DNA from: the human T2T-CHM13v2.0 reference genome, Homo sapiens
Direction: 5' to 3' (one strand)
NCBI RefSeq assembly: GCF_009914755.1
Contig: NC_060925.1
Length of the DNA stretch: 64,000 nt
Below, piece by piece: positions 51,613-64,000 of this stretch. Within the stretch, counting starts at the first letter, position 1. Each line of letters opens with the position of its first letter. Position numbers and translations under genes: made by a program. A model generated the notes under the pieces. It saw nothing but the letters and a program-made list of their open reading frames with translations. It was not told the DNA's origin and searched no databases.

Positions 51613-53927
51613 TCACCTAACCATGTAGTTACCCACTAACATTTATTACATTATCTAATTGTAATTATGCACAAAGCAAATTTTAATGGTTTACTAATTA
51701 TTCCTTTAGTCATGCATTAATTAATATCTCTGTGCCTTTGCTTCAGAAGAATGAAAGCTTCATAATGACAGGGATTTTGTCTGTCTTGTTTATTGTTGTA
51801 CTCTTAGCTTTTAGATACAATTTATGACTGGCATATATTAAGTAGTTAATAAATAGTTTTTATAAGTTTACACAGTCTTGCTTGGTTTATGCATAAGATT
51901 AGAACAGTACAATTTGTTTGCCAAACCCACGAATATTGTATCTTAAGAGAGACAAATGCAATAGCCTTGAGACTTGTTTCCTTCATTTGCTTGCAGTAAC
52001 TTAATAAGAAGTAGGCTTGAAGAAGACTGAGCAATTCTGATTGAATTAGTTGGAAGAATCGGCCAATACCAGAGGCTGAGTTCTGGAGGGCTTCCTGTTT
52101 CTAACAAGGTTGTTATTTCCACACAGGGCATCTCTGTTGTTACACAGCTGCATAGATATTCCATGACACTCTGTACCTAAAATATGTAAGATATTTCAGA
52201 ATTAAGATCTTTTTCTACTATAATGCCTTCAATGTTGTCTGTAATGCAACCAATTCCAATCTAGGCACGATTCCCTTTAGGCTAATGAGAATATGAAGAA
52301 GCATATATTTCCCTCTATTGATTTTCCTTATAAGTTTTTGGCCAAAAAAATTCTTGCTTTTTGTTTTTGTTTTTTAATTTGTACTTTGAAGTGTTAGTGT
52401 CCATTATGCCTATGTATGAGACTACTCAGTGAAGGAGGAGTAGGTCACCAGACAAATTTTGAGTATATTTGTCAGGAGAAAAGGGGAATGAACTTGAGCA
52501 AAAAAGAAAACAAGAGATTCCATCTACATTTTTCTTCCTAAGCAGTTAAAATTTGTGTGAGAGAATGTCATTATATGTGTCAAAAGAAAATGCTGTACCA
52601 TAATGAATAATTAGTAGTAAAATCATGAAATTATAGCAAGTGAAAAAATTAAACACTATTCTTTAAGTAAAACAAAATATGTTATTATGTACATAGAACA
52701 AGAGTTCAATATTCTTTTTACTGAAAAATACAATTTAGATATTTATTTATTTCCAATATATTTCATTAGAAGTTCTTACATTTTCTATCATATTCCTATT
52801 CTACATAGGCAATGGATTTTAATGGAACACAACTTTCAGAAGTTATTTAAATTGTAATCTCTCTGGGATTTGAAAAGGATTATGTTTTCATTCTAGTAAT
52901 TGGTATGCATCTAAGTTTTGGTGGTAGTAGCCCATGTTTTTCTTTATTCTGTGACACAACCTCTAAAGCAACATGATAGGATGAAATTATTCTTGCAATT
53001 TAACTCAATTGTTTTTTCACAATTTTATAGCCTCATTAGCAACTTTTTTTATTTGGGCTCTGTATCAAATAAAGGTGCTTTGCAAGTTGGTTTTCATCAT
53101 TTTGCAAATTCATCAATTTATTATTTTTTCTTCTTGTTTTCGAAAAGCATGCATTAAATGTAGTAGTCTACTATGTTGTAGGTACTATTAAGTATACAAC
53201 GATGTGCAACACGTAGTCTCTAACTTCAATGAGGTTGTAGTTTTGCCAAAAAGCCAAGTAAGCCCAGTTAAAGTCCTCAGAAAGCATAATAGAAGCACAC
53301 CCAAGTTATTAAAAAACTTGTTTAGTTTAGATTGAAGAGTCAAACCACACTGTCTAGAAGAAACAATGCTTGAGTTAAATCCTACTTGATGAGCAGGAAT
53401 TCAATGGACGTAATCTAGAAGAGAATTACATTCGTGGGGACTCTTTAAAAAAAAAAAGGAAAGAAACAAAGAAAATTTGCATTCTAGTAATAAAAAGCAA
53501 TAAATAAATCAGTCAGAAAGAAAAAGCACTGATATGGGAAATAACAGTGAAGAAAGAGCATAATGAGGTTTGCTATTTTCTTTAAAAAGCAACAAACAAG
53601 ACGAAGTGCATTCAAACAATTCAAACCTGGAATTCCAGATGATATCACTGTGGTCAGGGGGAGGAGAAGAGATCAGAGGTAGATGACGGTAGGCCAACAT
53701 TGTTTTCTTGTTCAGATAGAATACATACATGGGAAAAAGCTTCACACAGTAAGAAAAGAAAAGCGTACTTATGGCTCTTAATAAGTAATGATAGCCCACA
53801 GCAGCGAAGAATAGAATACTGGGCTTTAAATCCAGGACAGTATTCTGTCCTATAATAAAAGATTAGCAATGAAGGGAATGCCATTCACAAGAATGGAGGG
53901 TTAGGTAACTATGCCCAACTTTATCTC

Positions 53928-53928
<1 letters not shown>

Positions 53929-53968
<40 letters not shown>
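53929..53968. repeat. (CTAT)10 tetranucleotide STR
   Basis: Ten uninterrupted units. Confidence 0.95.
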
Positions 53969-54434
53969 ATCTCACACATAAGCATACACACCTGCAAGAG
54001 AAACAGGAGACAATCTTGGGCTGAAAATCCCATACTGACACTGTTGCAGTATTGTATCACTGATAAGGGAGGTGGCAGCAAATCATCTCTTGCATGAATA
54101 TGCCACAAAGCCAAGACGGAGATTGGCTGGAATGAGGAGGAAGTCTGAGAGCACAGATAAATTCCCACCTCTCAGGCCCAGGTACACAAGATCTGACTAA
54201 ATTTGTCCCTGGACCAGGAAAACAGAAAGCTCTACCCTCTCAATCCCCTCCACTCATCTATCAGTCATCTGTCAAACATCCACATAAACATCCAGTGATA
54301 AACAACAGCAGTCTACTGCAGGGAAAATTGAAAGATCATGGACAGAGATGGCCTCTGTGGCTGGCAAGGGCATATAGAAAAGCTGAAAGTTGAGAGTGGA
54401 CCATGAAGATTGAGAAAAACATCCCTGGAATTGC

Positions 54435-54512
54435 AGGCCCCAGCACAAGGAGTCATTACAGACATGAGACTGAAGGCCCCAGCACAAGGAGTCATTACAG
54501 ATGTGTGACTGA
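54435..54512. repeat. 39-bp tandem duplication
   Basis: AGGCCCCAGCACAAGGAGTCATTACAGA..TG.GACTGA twice, 3 mismatches. Confidence 0.92.
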
Positions 54513-54701
54513 AGGTTGTGGTGCTCTCAAGGTAACCATAGCAACCACAAGCCCAAACTAGATTATCTCCCAACTAGATAAACTCAAACCCGAATGCTGA
54601 CAGCTTGACAGAAGAAACAAGCCCATTTCCAGACTTAGTCATATTTGCCTCTGTCTCTTTTGCTTATACTCATGATGTCTGCCATTAAGTAAAAAAATTA
54701 T

Positions 54702-54702
<1 letters not shown>

Positions 54703-54737
<35 letters not shown>
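54703..54737. repeat. (CA)n microsatellite, about 17 units
   Basis: Direct reading. Confidence 0.95.
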
Positions 54738-54741
<4 letters not shown>

Positions 54742-54883
54742 CAAGGGGGAAAATATCCCTCAGTGTAAAGAGAAAGCCATAATTTTGTGGTCAAATTAAT
54801 ACAATTTTCTTACTTTTTAATATTTAAAAAAGTTGTTCTTAAAGTGTGGGCCTTATATATAGGCAATAAAATTTAAAATATAA

Positions 54884-55039
54884 CAGTGGTCACTAACTGT
54901 CTTGGACTTGTTTGAAATGCAAATTATCAGGCTTTATCCCAGGTTTAGTGAATCAGAAACTCTAAGGTTGGGGCCCAATAAACTCTTTTAACAAACCCTT
55001 TAGATAATTCTGAAGTATTCAGAAGTTTAAGAAACATTG
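54884..55039 (+). mobile_element. MER5A (hAT-Charlie) fragment
   Basis: GAAATGCAAATT...TGAATCAGAAACTCTAAGGTTGGGGCCCA...TTTTAACAAACCCT...AGTTTAAGAAACATTG. Confidence 0.8.
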
Positions 55040-56124
55040 TAATGGTGAAGTAACTAAACTAGTGTACATTTATTTTTATAAAAAGATAAAACTTGTGAAG
55101 GATATGGAAGGGGATGTGTTAATATGTGCATATGTCAATCTACACAAGTTACTGTAGAATCTAAATGAGGATTTGTTTGGGGGGTGGGGTGGGGAGGGTT
55201 TCTTCTTCCAGATGAAAATTCTATTAGCTCTAGAGAAAGGCAGTTTATGGTGCCTACTGACCCTCCTACCTACTCACGTGACAGATTTGATTGGTCTCTC
55301 ACAAATGACTTGAAGAAATTTGATCCAGTTTTTCCGTAAAACTTACTACAAGGAAAATATCAGCTGTATGAGTTCTTCATGACACAATGTACTAAGAGAA
55401 GATAGTACATTTTAAATATTATTTTTTCCCCAATAAGGTGGATTAGAAGCTCTTAGTGTACCTCAGCCATTTGGAATATTGTGCATAAAGATCAACTTGT
55501 GAGCTTTAATTCAAGAAGAAAAATGGAAATCCATCAAAATTGCGAGGAGAATGCCTGCAAACAGCCCCCATGACAGTGTCCAGCTGATAAAAATGAGTAA
55601 AACCCCAGTATGTGACAGAGGCAGAGAGCATTCCTCTGTGACTCTGGGTATCTGAGCAACCCAGGCCAAGTACTGGAGCTAACCTGGGGAGAGGCCTGGA
55701 GACACTGTGAGGAAAAGACAGTGGGAAATGCTGCAACATTTTCCCAAACCTGGGACTGACAGCAGGACACAATTTTTAATCCAGACTCATACAAAGCCAG
55801 CCATCCTTTCTTTAATGACAGAATTGGCCATGTAGGCATTTTAGTGTTGCCATGTAGTTATTTTAGTATTGGACCAGAGGCTGAAGCACCTGCTCTGGAG
55901 CAGGATAAGGGCCTCAACAGCCAGTACTGTGAAAGCATCTGAACAGTAGGCACTGGAATTGTGCTCTCCTCTGTTGTAGGCCTAGAGTGGGAGGAGAGTT
56001 GCTACAGCTGCATTTCTCCTGGGCAGCAAGACTTGCAGCCAGAGCCAGCTTGGTGAACTAGAACCAGTTTGCATATGCCATTTCTGGGTGTCAGAGCCTA
56101 CTCCCCAGAAATCATGGCACATCA

Positions 56125-56945
56125 GGGGCCACTCCACTCTATCCTCAGGCAGAAATCCAGGCATTGAGAACACACACTTGCCTGGATCAGCAGCAGCTTG
56201 AGCTGCCCCACCCTTCAGGGACATAGATCATGGTACAGTGGAGCCCTTTCCACTCCACACCCAGGCAGATATCCAAGCATTCAGAGCACCCATTTTCCTG
56301 GTTCAGCAGCTGGAGCCAGGTGTATGCTATACCATGATCTATGCCCAACCTTTCCTGGGCATACAACATGGTGTAGTGAGGCCCTCTCTGCTCCATGCCC
56401 AAGCAGATATCCAGGCATCTGGAGCACCCACTAACCTGGATCAGCAGCCACCCTTCCTGTGCAGAGAATCTGGTGCAGGTTCAGAGAGGCCCTCTGCTTC
56501 ATACCAAGCTGGATCCCCAGTCATTCAGAGCACCTGCTCATCTGGTTCAGCCTGAGTCAGCCAACACTTATGAGCATAGATTGTGGTATAGTGAGGCTCT
56601 CTCTGCTCCATGCCCAGGCAGATTGCAAGGCATCTGGAGCACCAGCTCATCTGGGTCAGAGATTCTGGTGCAGGGGAACCTTCTCTGCTACATGCCAAGG
56701 CAGATCTCCAGATATTCAATGTACCTGACTGCCTGGTTCAACAGCTTGAATTACCCTACCCCTCCTGTGCAGAGATCTTAGTGGAGGTGGGACCCTCTCG
56801 GTTCCATGGCCAGACAAATCTACAGGCATCCAAATTGTTCACTCTCCTGGATTAGAAGTTAGGCTGCCCCATGAAGAGGACATGGAGCCAAGCAGGTTTC
56901 CCACCTCTATGCCTAGGCATATTTCTGGGTATTTCGTGGCCACAA
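56125..56945 (+). repeat. Degenerate tandem array (about 7-8 units of 80-135 bp) in the L1 5'UTR
   Basis: Recurrent core CTCTGCTCCATGCCCAGGCAGATATCCAGGCATCTGGAGCACC near 56130, 56250, 56385, 56490, 56600, 56683, 56797, 56905. Confidence 0.8.
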
Positions 56946-58364
56946 ACTGGATTCTCCCTTTGTGCTGGTGCTTGTGCCTACCGTTGGGGAATTTTAGGGC
57001 AGACTTGCCTGGTCTGGCTCCACCCATTGTTGCCCCACCCCCTCCAGGGCTGAGCAGGGAGATCAGACCACTGTGCATTTCATGAATCAGCCCATTACCT
57101 GAGGCACCATAAAATTTTTTCCAGTAAAAAAGCATCAAGCCATGTCAAAGACAGCCAGCTCTATTGTACCATTTACTGGCTTGTAGGTTGGACTGCACAG
57201 CCCAATATAAAATCTGCCAAGAGAAGTGCAAAAAGAAGCAAAAAGATCCAAAGACTTTACCCAGCATTTTCTACAGTCACACCCTCTAGGCACAGGAAAA
57301 AGAGAAAGAAGAAAAACAAAAACATAGGGAAAGAAAGAAAAAGAAAAAATTCTACCCAAACACAAATAATAATAAAAGTTAGAAGTACCAGCATCTACAG
57401 ATAAGAAGAAATTGGTGCAAGAATATTGGCACTATGAAAAATCTGAATGTAGAGACACCACCATAGGATTATACTAGCTCTCCAGCAATGGTCCCAAACC
57501 AAAATAGAGCTCAGAAATGACAGATAAAGAATTCAAAACATGGATTGCAAAGAAGCTGCAAGATCCAAGACAAGATTAAAATTTAACACAAAGAAACTTC
57601 TAAAGCAATCCAGGAAATGAAGGAAAATAAATATCTTACAAAGAAATGAATCGAAACTTCTAGATTTAAGTAAACCACTTAAGGAATTTCAAAATACAAT
57701 TGAAAGCTTTATCAATAGACTGGAACAAGCAGAAAAAATTTCAGAGAGTGAAAACCAGTCTTCTGAACAAACCCAGTCAGATAAAAATTTGAAAAAGAAT
57801 TTTAAAAAACAAATTCTTCAAGAAATATGGAATTATGTAAAGCAAATAAACTTATGAATTATTGGCATTCCTAAGAGAGAAGGAAAAAAAGTAAACAACC
57901 TGGAAAACATATTTGAGGGAAAATTCAAGAAAATATTTCTAATCTTGGTAGAGAAGTAGACATCCAGATACAATAAATCCAAAGAACACCTGTGAGAAAC
58001 TATACAAATTGAAAATCAACATCACCAAGGTATATAGTTACAAGACTGCCCAAGGTCAGCACTAAAGAAAAAATCTTAAAGGCAGCTAAAGGAAAAGGTC
58101 AGCACACATCATGCTAACAATGGATTTCTCAGCAGAAACATTAGAAACCAGGAGAGACTGGAGGCCTATTTTCAACATTCTTAAAGAAAATAAATTCTTA
58201 CCAAGAATTTCATATCACACCAAACTAAACTTCATAAGCAAAGGAGAAATAAAATCTTTTCCAGACAAGCAAGCAGTAAGATAATTTGTTACCACTGGAC
58301 CAGCCTTATAGAGATCCTCAAGAGAGTTCTATACATAGAAGCAGAATAACAATACCTGCTACCA

Positions 58365-58367
<3 letters not shown>

Positions 58368-58418
<51 letters not shown>
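58368..58418. repeat. Pure (AC)n, about 25 units, in the L1 inter-ORF spacer
   Basis: Direct reading. Confidence 0.95.
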
Positions 58419-58419
<1 letters not shown>

Positions 58420-61400
58420 AAGTACATAGCCCACAGACCTTATAAAGCAATGACACAATAGAAACTACAAAGCAACCAGCTAACAATTTCATAAGATAAA
58501 AATCTCAAATTTCAATATTAACCTTGAATGTAAATAGTCTAAATACCTCACTTAAAAGACACAGAGTGGCAAGTTGGATTAAAAAAACAATCTATCCATC
58601 TGCTTTAAGAAACGCTTCTCACATGTAATAATACCCATTGATTCAAAGTAAAGGGTTGGGGAAAGATCTACTATGCAAATGGAAAACAAACAAACAAAAA
58701 GGCAGAGATGGTTCTTGTATCAGATCAAACAGATCTTCAACCAACAAAAGTAAAAAAGGACAAAGAAAAGCATGACTTAATGATACGGGATACAGTACAA
58801 GAAGACTTAACTATCTTGAATATATATGCACCGTCATTGAAGCACCCAGATTCATAAAAAGTTGCACTTCTAGACCTACAAAAAGATGTAAACAACCACA
58901 AAATAATAGTGGGGTACTTCAACTCCCCAGTGACAACATTCAGGACAGATCATTGAGGTAGAAAATTAACAAAGAAATTCTGGGTTTAAACTCGACACTT
59001 GACCAATTAGATCTAATAGACATCCACAGAATACTTCACTCATAAACCACAGAATATACATTCTTCTCATCTGCACACAGAATATATCCCAAGATTGACC
59101 AGATGCTTGGCCATAGAGCAAATCTCAATAAATTTTAAAAAATCAAAATTATACCAACCATAGTCTTAAACCACAGTGGAATACAAATAGAAATAAACAC
59201 CAGAAAGATCTCTCAAAACCTCACTAGTACATGGAAATTAAACAACTTGTTCCCGAATGACTTTTAGGTAAACGATGAAATTAAATCAGAAATTTTCAAA
59301 AAATTCTTTGAAATAATGAAAACAGAAACACAACTTATCAAAATTCATGGGATGCAACAAAAGCTGTGTTAAGAGGAAAGTTTATAGTGCTAAACACATA
59401 CTTCAAAAAGTTAGAAAGATCTCTAATGATCTAACATCACACCTAGAGTGCTACAGAAACAAGAACAAACTAATATCAAAGCTAGCAGAGGGAAAAAAAA
59501 AATAACTAAAATCAGAGCAAAACAGAATAAAACTGAGACACGAAAATTCATGCAATTAATCAGCAAAACCAAAATGTGGTTCTCTGAAAAAATAAACAAG
59601 ATTCATAGACCACTAGCTAGATTAAGAAAAAAAACAAGAAACAATAGAGAGAAGATCCAAGCAAGCAAAATCAGAAACAACCAAGTTGGCATTACAATCA
59701 ATCCCATAGAAATAGAAAAGATCCTGAGAGACTATTATGAATACCTCCATGCCCACAAGCTAGAAAATCTACTAAAATAAATCAGAGATTACACAAGTAC
59801 ATAGAAAAATATTTTATGTTCATGGATAGAAAGAATCAATGTTGAAAAAAAATGGCCATACTGCCCAAAGCAATCCATAGATTCAATGCTATTTCCTTCA
59901 AACTACCAATGTTATTTTTCACAAAATTAGAAAAAAGCTATTTTAAAGTGTATATGGAACCAAAAAAATAGCCTGAAGAGCCATGGAAATCCTGAGCAAA
60001 AAGAACAAAGCCAGAGGCATCACATTACCTGACTTCAAACTATACTATAAAGTTACAGAAACCAAAATAGCATGATACTGGTAAAAAATAAAAAAAAATT
60101 TAAAAACTGAACACATAGACCAATGAAACTAAATGCAGAGCCTAGGAATAAAGCCACACACCTACAGCCATCTGACCTTCAACAAAGTTGACGAAAATAA
60201 GCAATGGGAAAAGGACTCCCTATTCAATAAATGGTGCTGGGATAGTTGGCTAGCCATATGCAGAAGAATGAAAATAGACCCCTATATGTTACCATATACA
60301 AAAATTAACAAAAGATAGATTAAAGATTTAAATGTAAGACTTCAAACGGTAAGAATTGTAGAAGAAAACCTAAGAAACACCATCCTGTACGTCAGTCTTG
60401 GGAAAGAAATTATTACTAAGTTCTTAAAAGCAATTGCCACAATAAAAAAATTGACAAATGGGACCTAATTAAACTAAAGAGTTTCTGCACAGCAAAATAA
60501 CTGTTAATACAATGAACAGCCTACAGAATAGGAGAAAATATTCGCAAACAACACCTCTGACAAAGGTCTCATATCCAGAATCTGTAAGGAACTTAACCCA
60601 ATAAGCATTAAAAAATGGGCAAAAGACATGAACATATGCTTCTCAAAGTAACACAAACAGCCAACAAATATATATTTTAAAACGTTCCACATCACTAATT
60701 GTCAGAGAAATGCAAATCCAAACTTTAATGAGATACTATTTCATACCAGTCAGAATGGCTATTATTAAAAAGTCACAAAATAACAGATGCTGGCAAGGCT
60801 GCCAAAAAAGGAAACACTTACACACTGTTAGTGGGAATGCAAATTAGTTCAGCCACTGTGGAAAAGAGATTGGAGATTTCTCAAGGAACTTAAAGCAGAA
60901 CTACTATTCAACCCAGCAATCCCATTACTGGGTATATAACCTAAAGAAAATGAATTATTCTACCAAAAACACACATACACTTTTCATGTTAATTGCAGCA
61001 CTGTTCACAATAGTAAAGATATAGAGTCAACCTAGGTGCCCCTCACTGGTGGACTGGATAAAGGAAATGTGGTAGATGTACACCATGGAATATACAAAGG
61101 CATAACAAAGAATAAAATCATGTTCTTTGCTTCAACAGGATGGAGCTGGAGGCCATTATCCTAAGAATTAACACAGGAACAGAAGACTAAATACTAAATA
61201 TCATATGTTATAACTTATAAGTGGGTACTAAACATTAGGTACTCATAAATATAAAGATGGCAACAGTAGTAACTGGGAACTACTAGAGTGGACAGGAGGG
61301 ACGGAGATAGGAAGGGTTGAAAAGCTATCTGTTGGGTACTATGTTCAGTATCTGGTTGATGCGATCTTAATTTCAGCATAATGCAATATATCCAAGTAGC

Positions 61401-62787
61401 AAACCTGTACATGTGCCTCCTGAATCTAAAATGAAAGTTGAAAAAATATTAAACACAAAAATAATAAATATGAAATAAACATTAAATTCACTCTCAGTTT
61501 TGAATTTCCTCTCTAAAATTTAATAATGGTATCTTTCTAAAACACTAATGTTATAAATACTTGAGACTGCTTATCATATTTAACATCTGAAACATGATAG
61601 TAGATGAGCAGAATCTTAATTCATCACTCATAATAGCAAAGGGCTTACTGTACCATTTCGTGAACTCAAGTGGAGTATATTTTATTTTGATTATAGTCAA
61701 CAGAGATGGGGATAAAATAACTCCAGTGACTTATCTGTAAAGGCTTTCTAATTAAATATTCTAACTTTATTAAATATTATAATTAAAATACCATATCAAC
61801 TTTTATATTGGAGAAAATATATGATACAAAATATTTTTGAGACATAGAACAAAAATATTATCATTCTTAGTTTTTTGAGAGACACATGAAAAACCAATGT
61901 AATATTTGTCATTTTGTGTCCAAGATGATAACCCTTCTAAAAAGCATGATAGTATAGAAGTGTTAAGGATTTTATATGTGGTTAAGAAGTGTTACATGTA
62001 ATTTAAAAACATGGGTTTTATTAATGAAATATAAATGAAATATAGTTTAAAAAGATAAACGCCATTTGAATGTGTCTTTACTCCTATTATGCTGATTATC
62101 AAAACAGATACCTTTTTATTTAAGCAGCTAAAGTTCAACTTTTGCCACTTCCTTTTCTCTCTTTGCCTGCCAACAGTTTCTGGGATTTAAAGAGATATAC
62201 AACTTTGATGGACCAACATTCCTGTTTTAACCTAACTTTAAATACCAAAATGCTTCAGAATCAGTAATAGGTGAGGGACTGCCATTATTTCTTATTAATG
62301 CATTTCCATGTTAACAAAACATTTCAAAAATAGAGAAACTTCTTATGTTCTCTCATATTATAGATTTTCTCAGATCCCTTAGTGCTCATGTCTTACAAAT
62401 GTTAAGATATTGTAAAAGACTGCTCTCTCTACTATTCATTTAGAGAAACCAACAATGTTATTATAAAACAGCTGGTTTAACTACAGGAGAGAAGTACAAA
62501 TTGGCCTCAGGTATGAAACTACTGCGACAGGGAGCAGCAAAACAAGGCAAGATGCTGAGGAAAAACACTATGGCAGCTGCACTGGTGGGAAGGTGCCTTA
62601 GGATATAATGATAGGAAATGTTTTTTAAAAAAATTTTTAAAAGATCCTGGCAGTAGAAAAACCAACTCAGCTTTTAGCATTAAGGAGCTATCATCAGAAT
62701 GAGAGCATAGTAGCCTAGTAATTCATTAGGTTATAAAACTTCTGTAACCTAGTTGGGAAACACAAGTAAATAATAGTCCTATTTAAC

Positions 62788-63085
62788 TTTTTTTTTTTTT
62801 TTTTCGAGATGGAGTCTTGCTCTATTGCCCAGGCCAGAGTGTAATGGTGCCTTGGCTCATTGCAACCTCTGCCTCCTGTATTCAAGCGATTCTCCTGTCT
62901 TAGCCTTCCGAGTAGTTGTGATTACAAGTGTGAGACACCACAACTGGCTAATTTTTTGTATTTTTAGTAGAGACAAGGTTTCACCATGTTGGTCAGGCTG
63001 TTCTTGAACTCCTGACCTCAAGTGACCTGCAAGCCTTGGCCTCCCAAAGTGCTTGGATTACGGGCATGAGCCACCATACCCAGCC
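62788..63085 (-). mobile_element. AluSx/Sz
   Basis: Full dimer; TSD TATTTAACTTTT. Confidence 0.92.
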
Positions 63086-63318
63086 TTATTTAACTTTTTA
63101 AATTAAGATTTTCTTAAGCTCAAATTTAATCCACACATATCTTGGTCATTAAGACTCATCACATTGGGTAAGAGTAAGTTGTCTTGGTATAGTGTTGGAA
63201 AGTATTAAGTATCTTTATTATTTTTTTCATCCTCTAGACCATTATATGGAGGAGATGGAGTGGGAAAAATAATATAAAGTAATGTAAATGTGACATTGTA
63301 AGTGTAAATATGTAAATG

Positions 63319-64000
63319 CAGTAGTCCTCCATTATGTGTGAGAGACATGTTCCAAGACCCCAGTGGATGCCTGAAGGGGTGAATAGTACCAAAACCACTT
63401 GCTGTCTATTGAAACACATTTCTATTCCTGTCTTCTACCCACAAATTGAATGCATTTTCCAACCTAAGTAAGCACTTTTCATGGACTTTGGCCACAAGTT
63501 TTGCAGTTTGAAGTGCAACAGCAAAAGTAGCACAAATTTATTTTACACTTTCCACAATTTCATAGATAGAAGACTGATTCTTACTAGAGATCTTAGCAAA
63601 CTCAGCCTATGTTTTTTTTTTTTTCTTCGTTTTTTCTCCTCTTCTTACTTCAAGAACTTTCACCTTTTCATTTACAGGAAGTAAGTTATGGCTTCTCTTT
63701 GGTGGATCTCTAGACCCAGCATCACTACTCTTGCCCTTTGAGGTCCATTATTAAATAAAGTAAGAGTGACGTAAACACAAGCGCTGTGATACTGAAGCAG
63801 TGGGCTTGATAACTAAAAAGACTACAGACTGATTAAAGAGTGGGAATGTAGACAGTGCGGAGATGCTGGACAAAGGAATTATTCATGTCTGGCAACAGAG
63901 TGAGATAGTGGAAGAGTTAAGAACACTATTCAGAATGGCCTGCAATTAAAAACTTAGAAATTGTTTATTTCTGGAATTGTCCATTTAATATTTTGGACCA
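63319..64000 (+). mobile_element. MER44-type (Tigger7-derived) DNA transposon, running off the window end
   Basis: TIR CAGTAGTCC..., ATGTTCCAAGACCCCAGTGGATGCCTGAA, GCTGGACAAAGG, TTGTTTATTTCTGGAATT.TCCATTTAATATTT. Confidence 0.85.

Larger units (their letters stand above)
55430..61475 (+). mobile_element. Near full-length L1PA16-like LINE-1: 5'UTR ~55430-57400, decayed ORF1 ~57400-58350, decayed ORF2 ~58500-61200 lacking the RT domain
   Basis: ORF2 remnants (ILRDYYEYLHAHKLENL; [23 protein letters not shown]); L1PA15/16-type 3'UTR (GGCAACAGTAGTAACTGGGAACTACTAGAG...CTGAATCTAAAATGAAAGTTGAAA); many stops and frameshifts. Confidence 0.9.

Noticed and set aside
56125-56945. Repeat-spacer appearance suggestive of a CRISPR array
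   Set aside because: Human DNA; the units are degenerate, the spacers are homologous to each other, and there are no cas genes.
55982-57138. Dense overlapping 60-128 aa ORFs with internal repeats
   Set aside because: Explained by the GC-rich tandem array in the L1 5'UTR.
59448-60318. ORFs 59448-59780 and 60133-60318
   Set aside because: Stop-riddled remnants of L1 ORF2; not a functional CDS.

Overview
Human genomic DNA; a near-consensus, human-specific AluYa5 at 20.3 kb fixes the species. The window is AT-rich and CpG-poor, looks intronic or intergenic, and shows no recognisable protein-coding exon, RNA gene or CpG island. The short ORFs are Alu-, L1-, LTR- or chance-derived. Roughly half is interspersed repeat: about 17 Alu/monomer copies, old L1M/L2/MIR/CR1 relics, a complete MSTA MaLR provirus with intact TSD, solo LTRs (MLT1, MLT2, THE1, MSTB, LTR22/HML-5), DNA transposon fossils (Tigger2a, Tigger3a, MER5A, MER44) and a near full-length L1PA16-like element whose RT domain is deleted in frame. 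Family names come from recalled consensus motifs, not from a RepeatMasker run. The most unusual signal lies in the repeat-poor 11.3-17.2 kb block: an ~83-nt inverted repeat in non-repeat DNA (13960-14044 / 15850-15930). It has a 26-nt perfect core and G-U-biased mismatches, covers a candidate 71-nt exon and its 5' splice site, and has a competing 14-bp local hairpin. A strong CTCF motif and TF-motif clusters lie nearby. The locus and host gene could not be identified from sequence alone.
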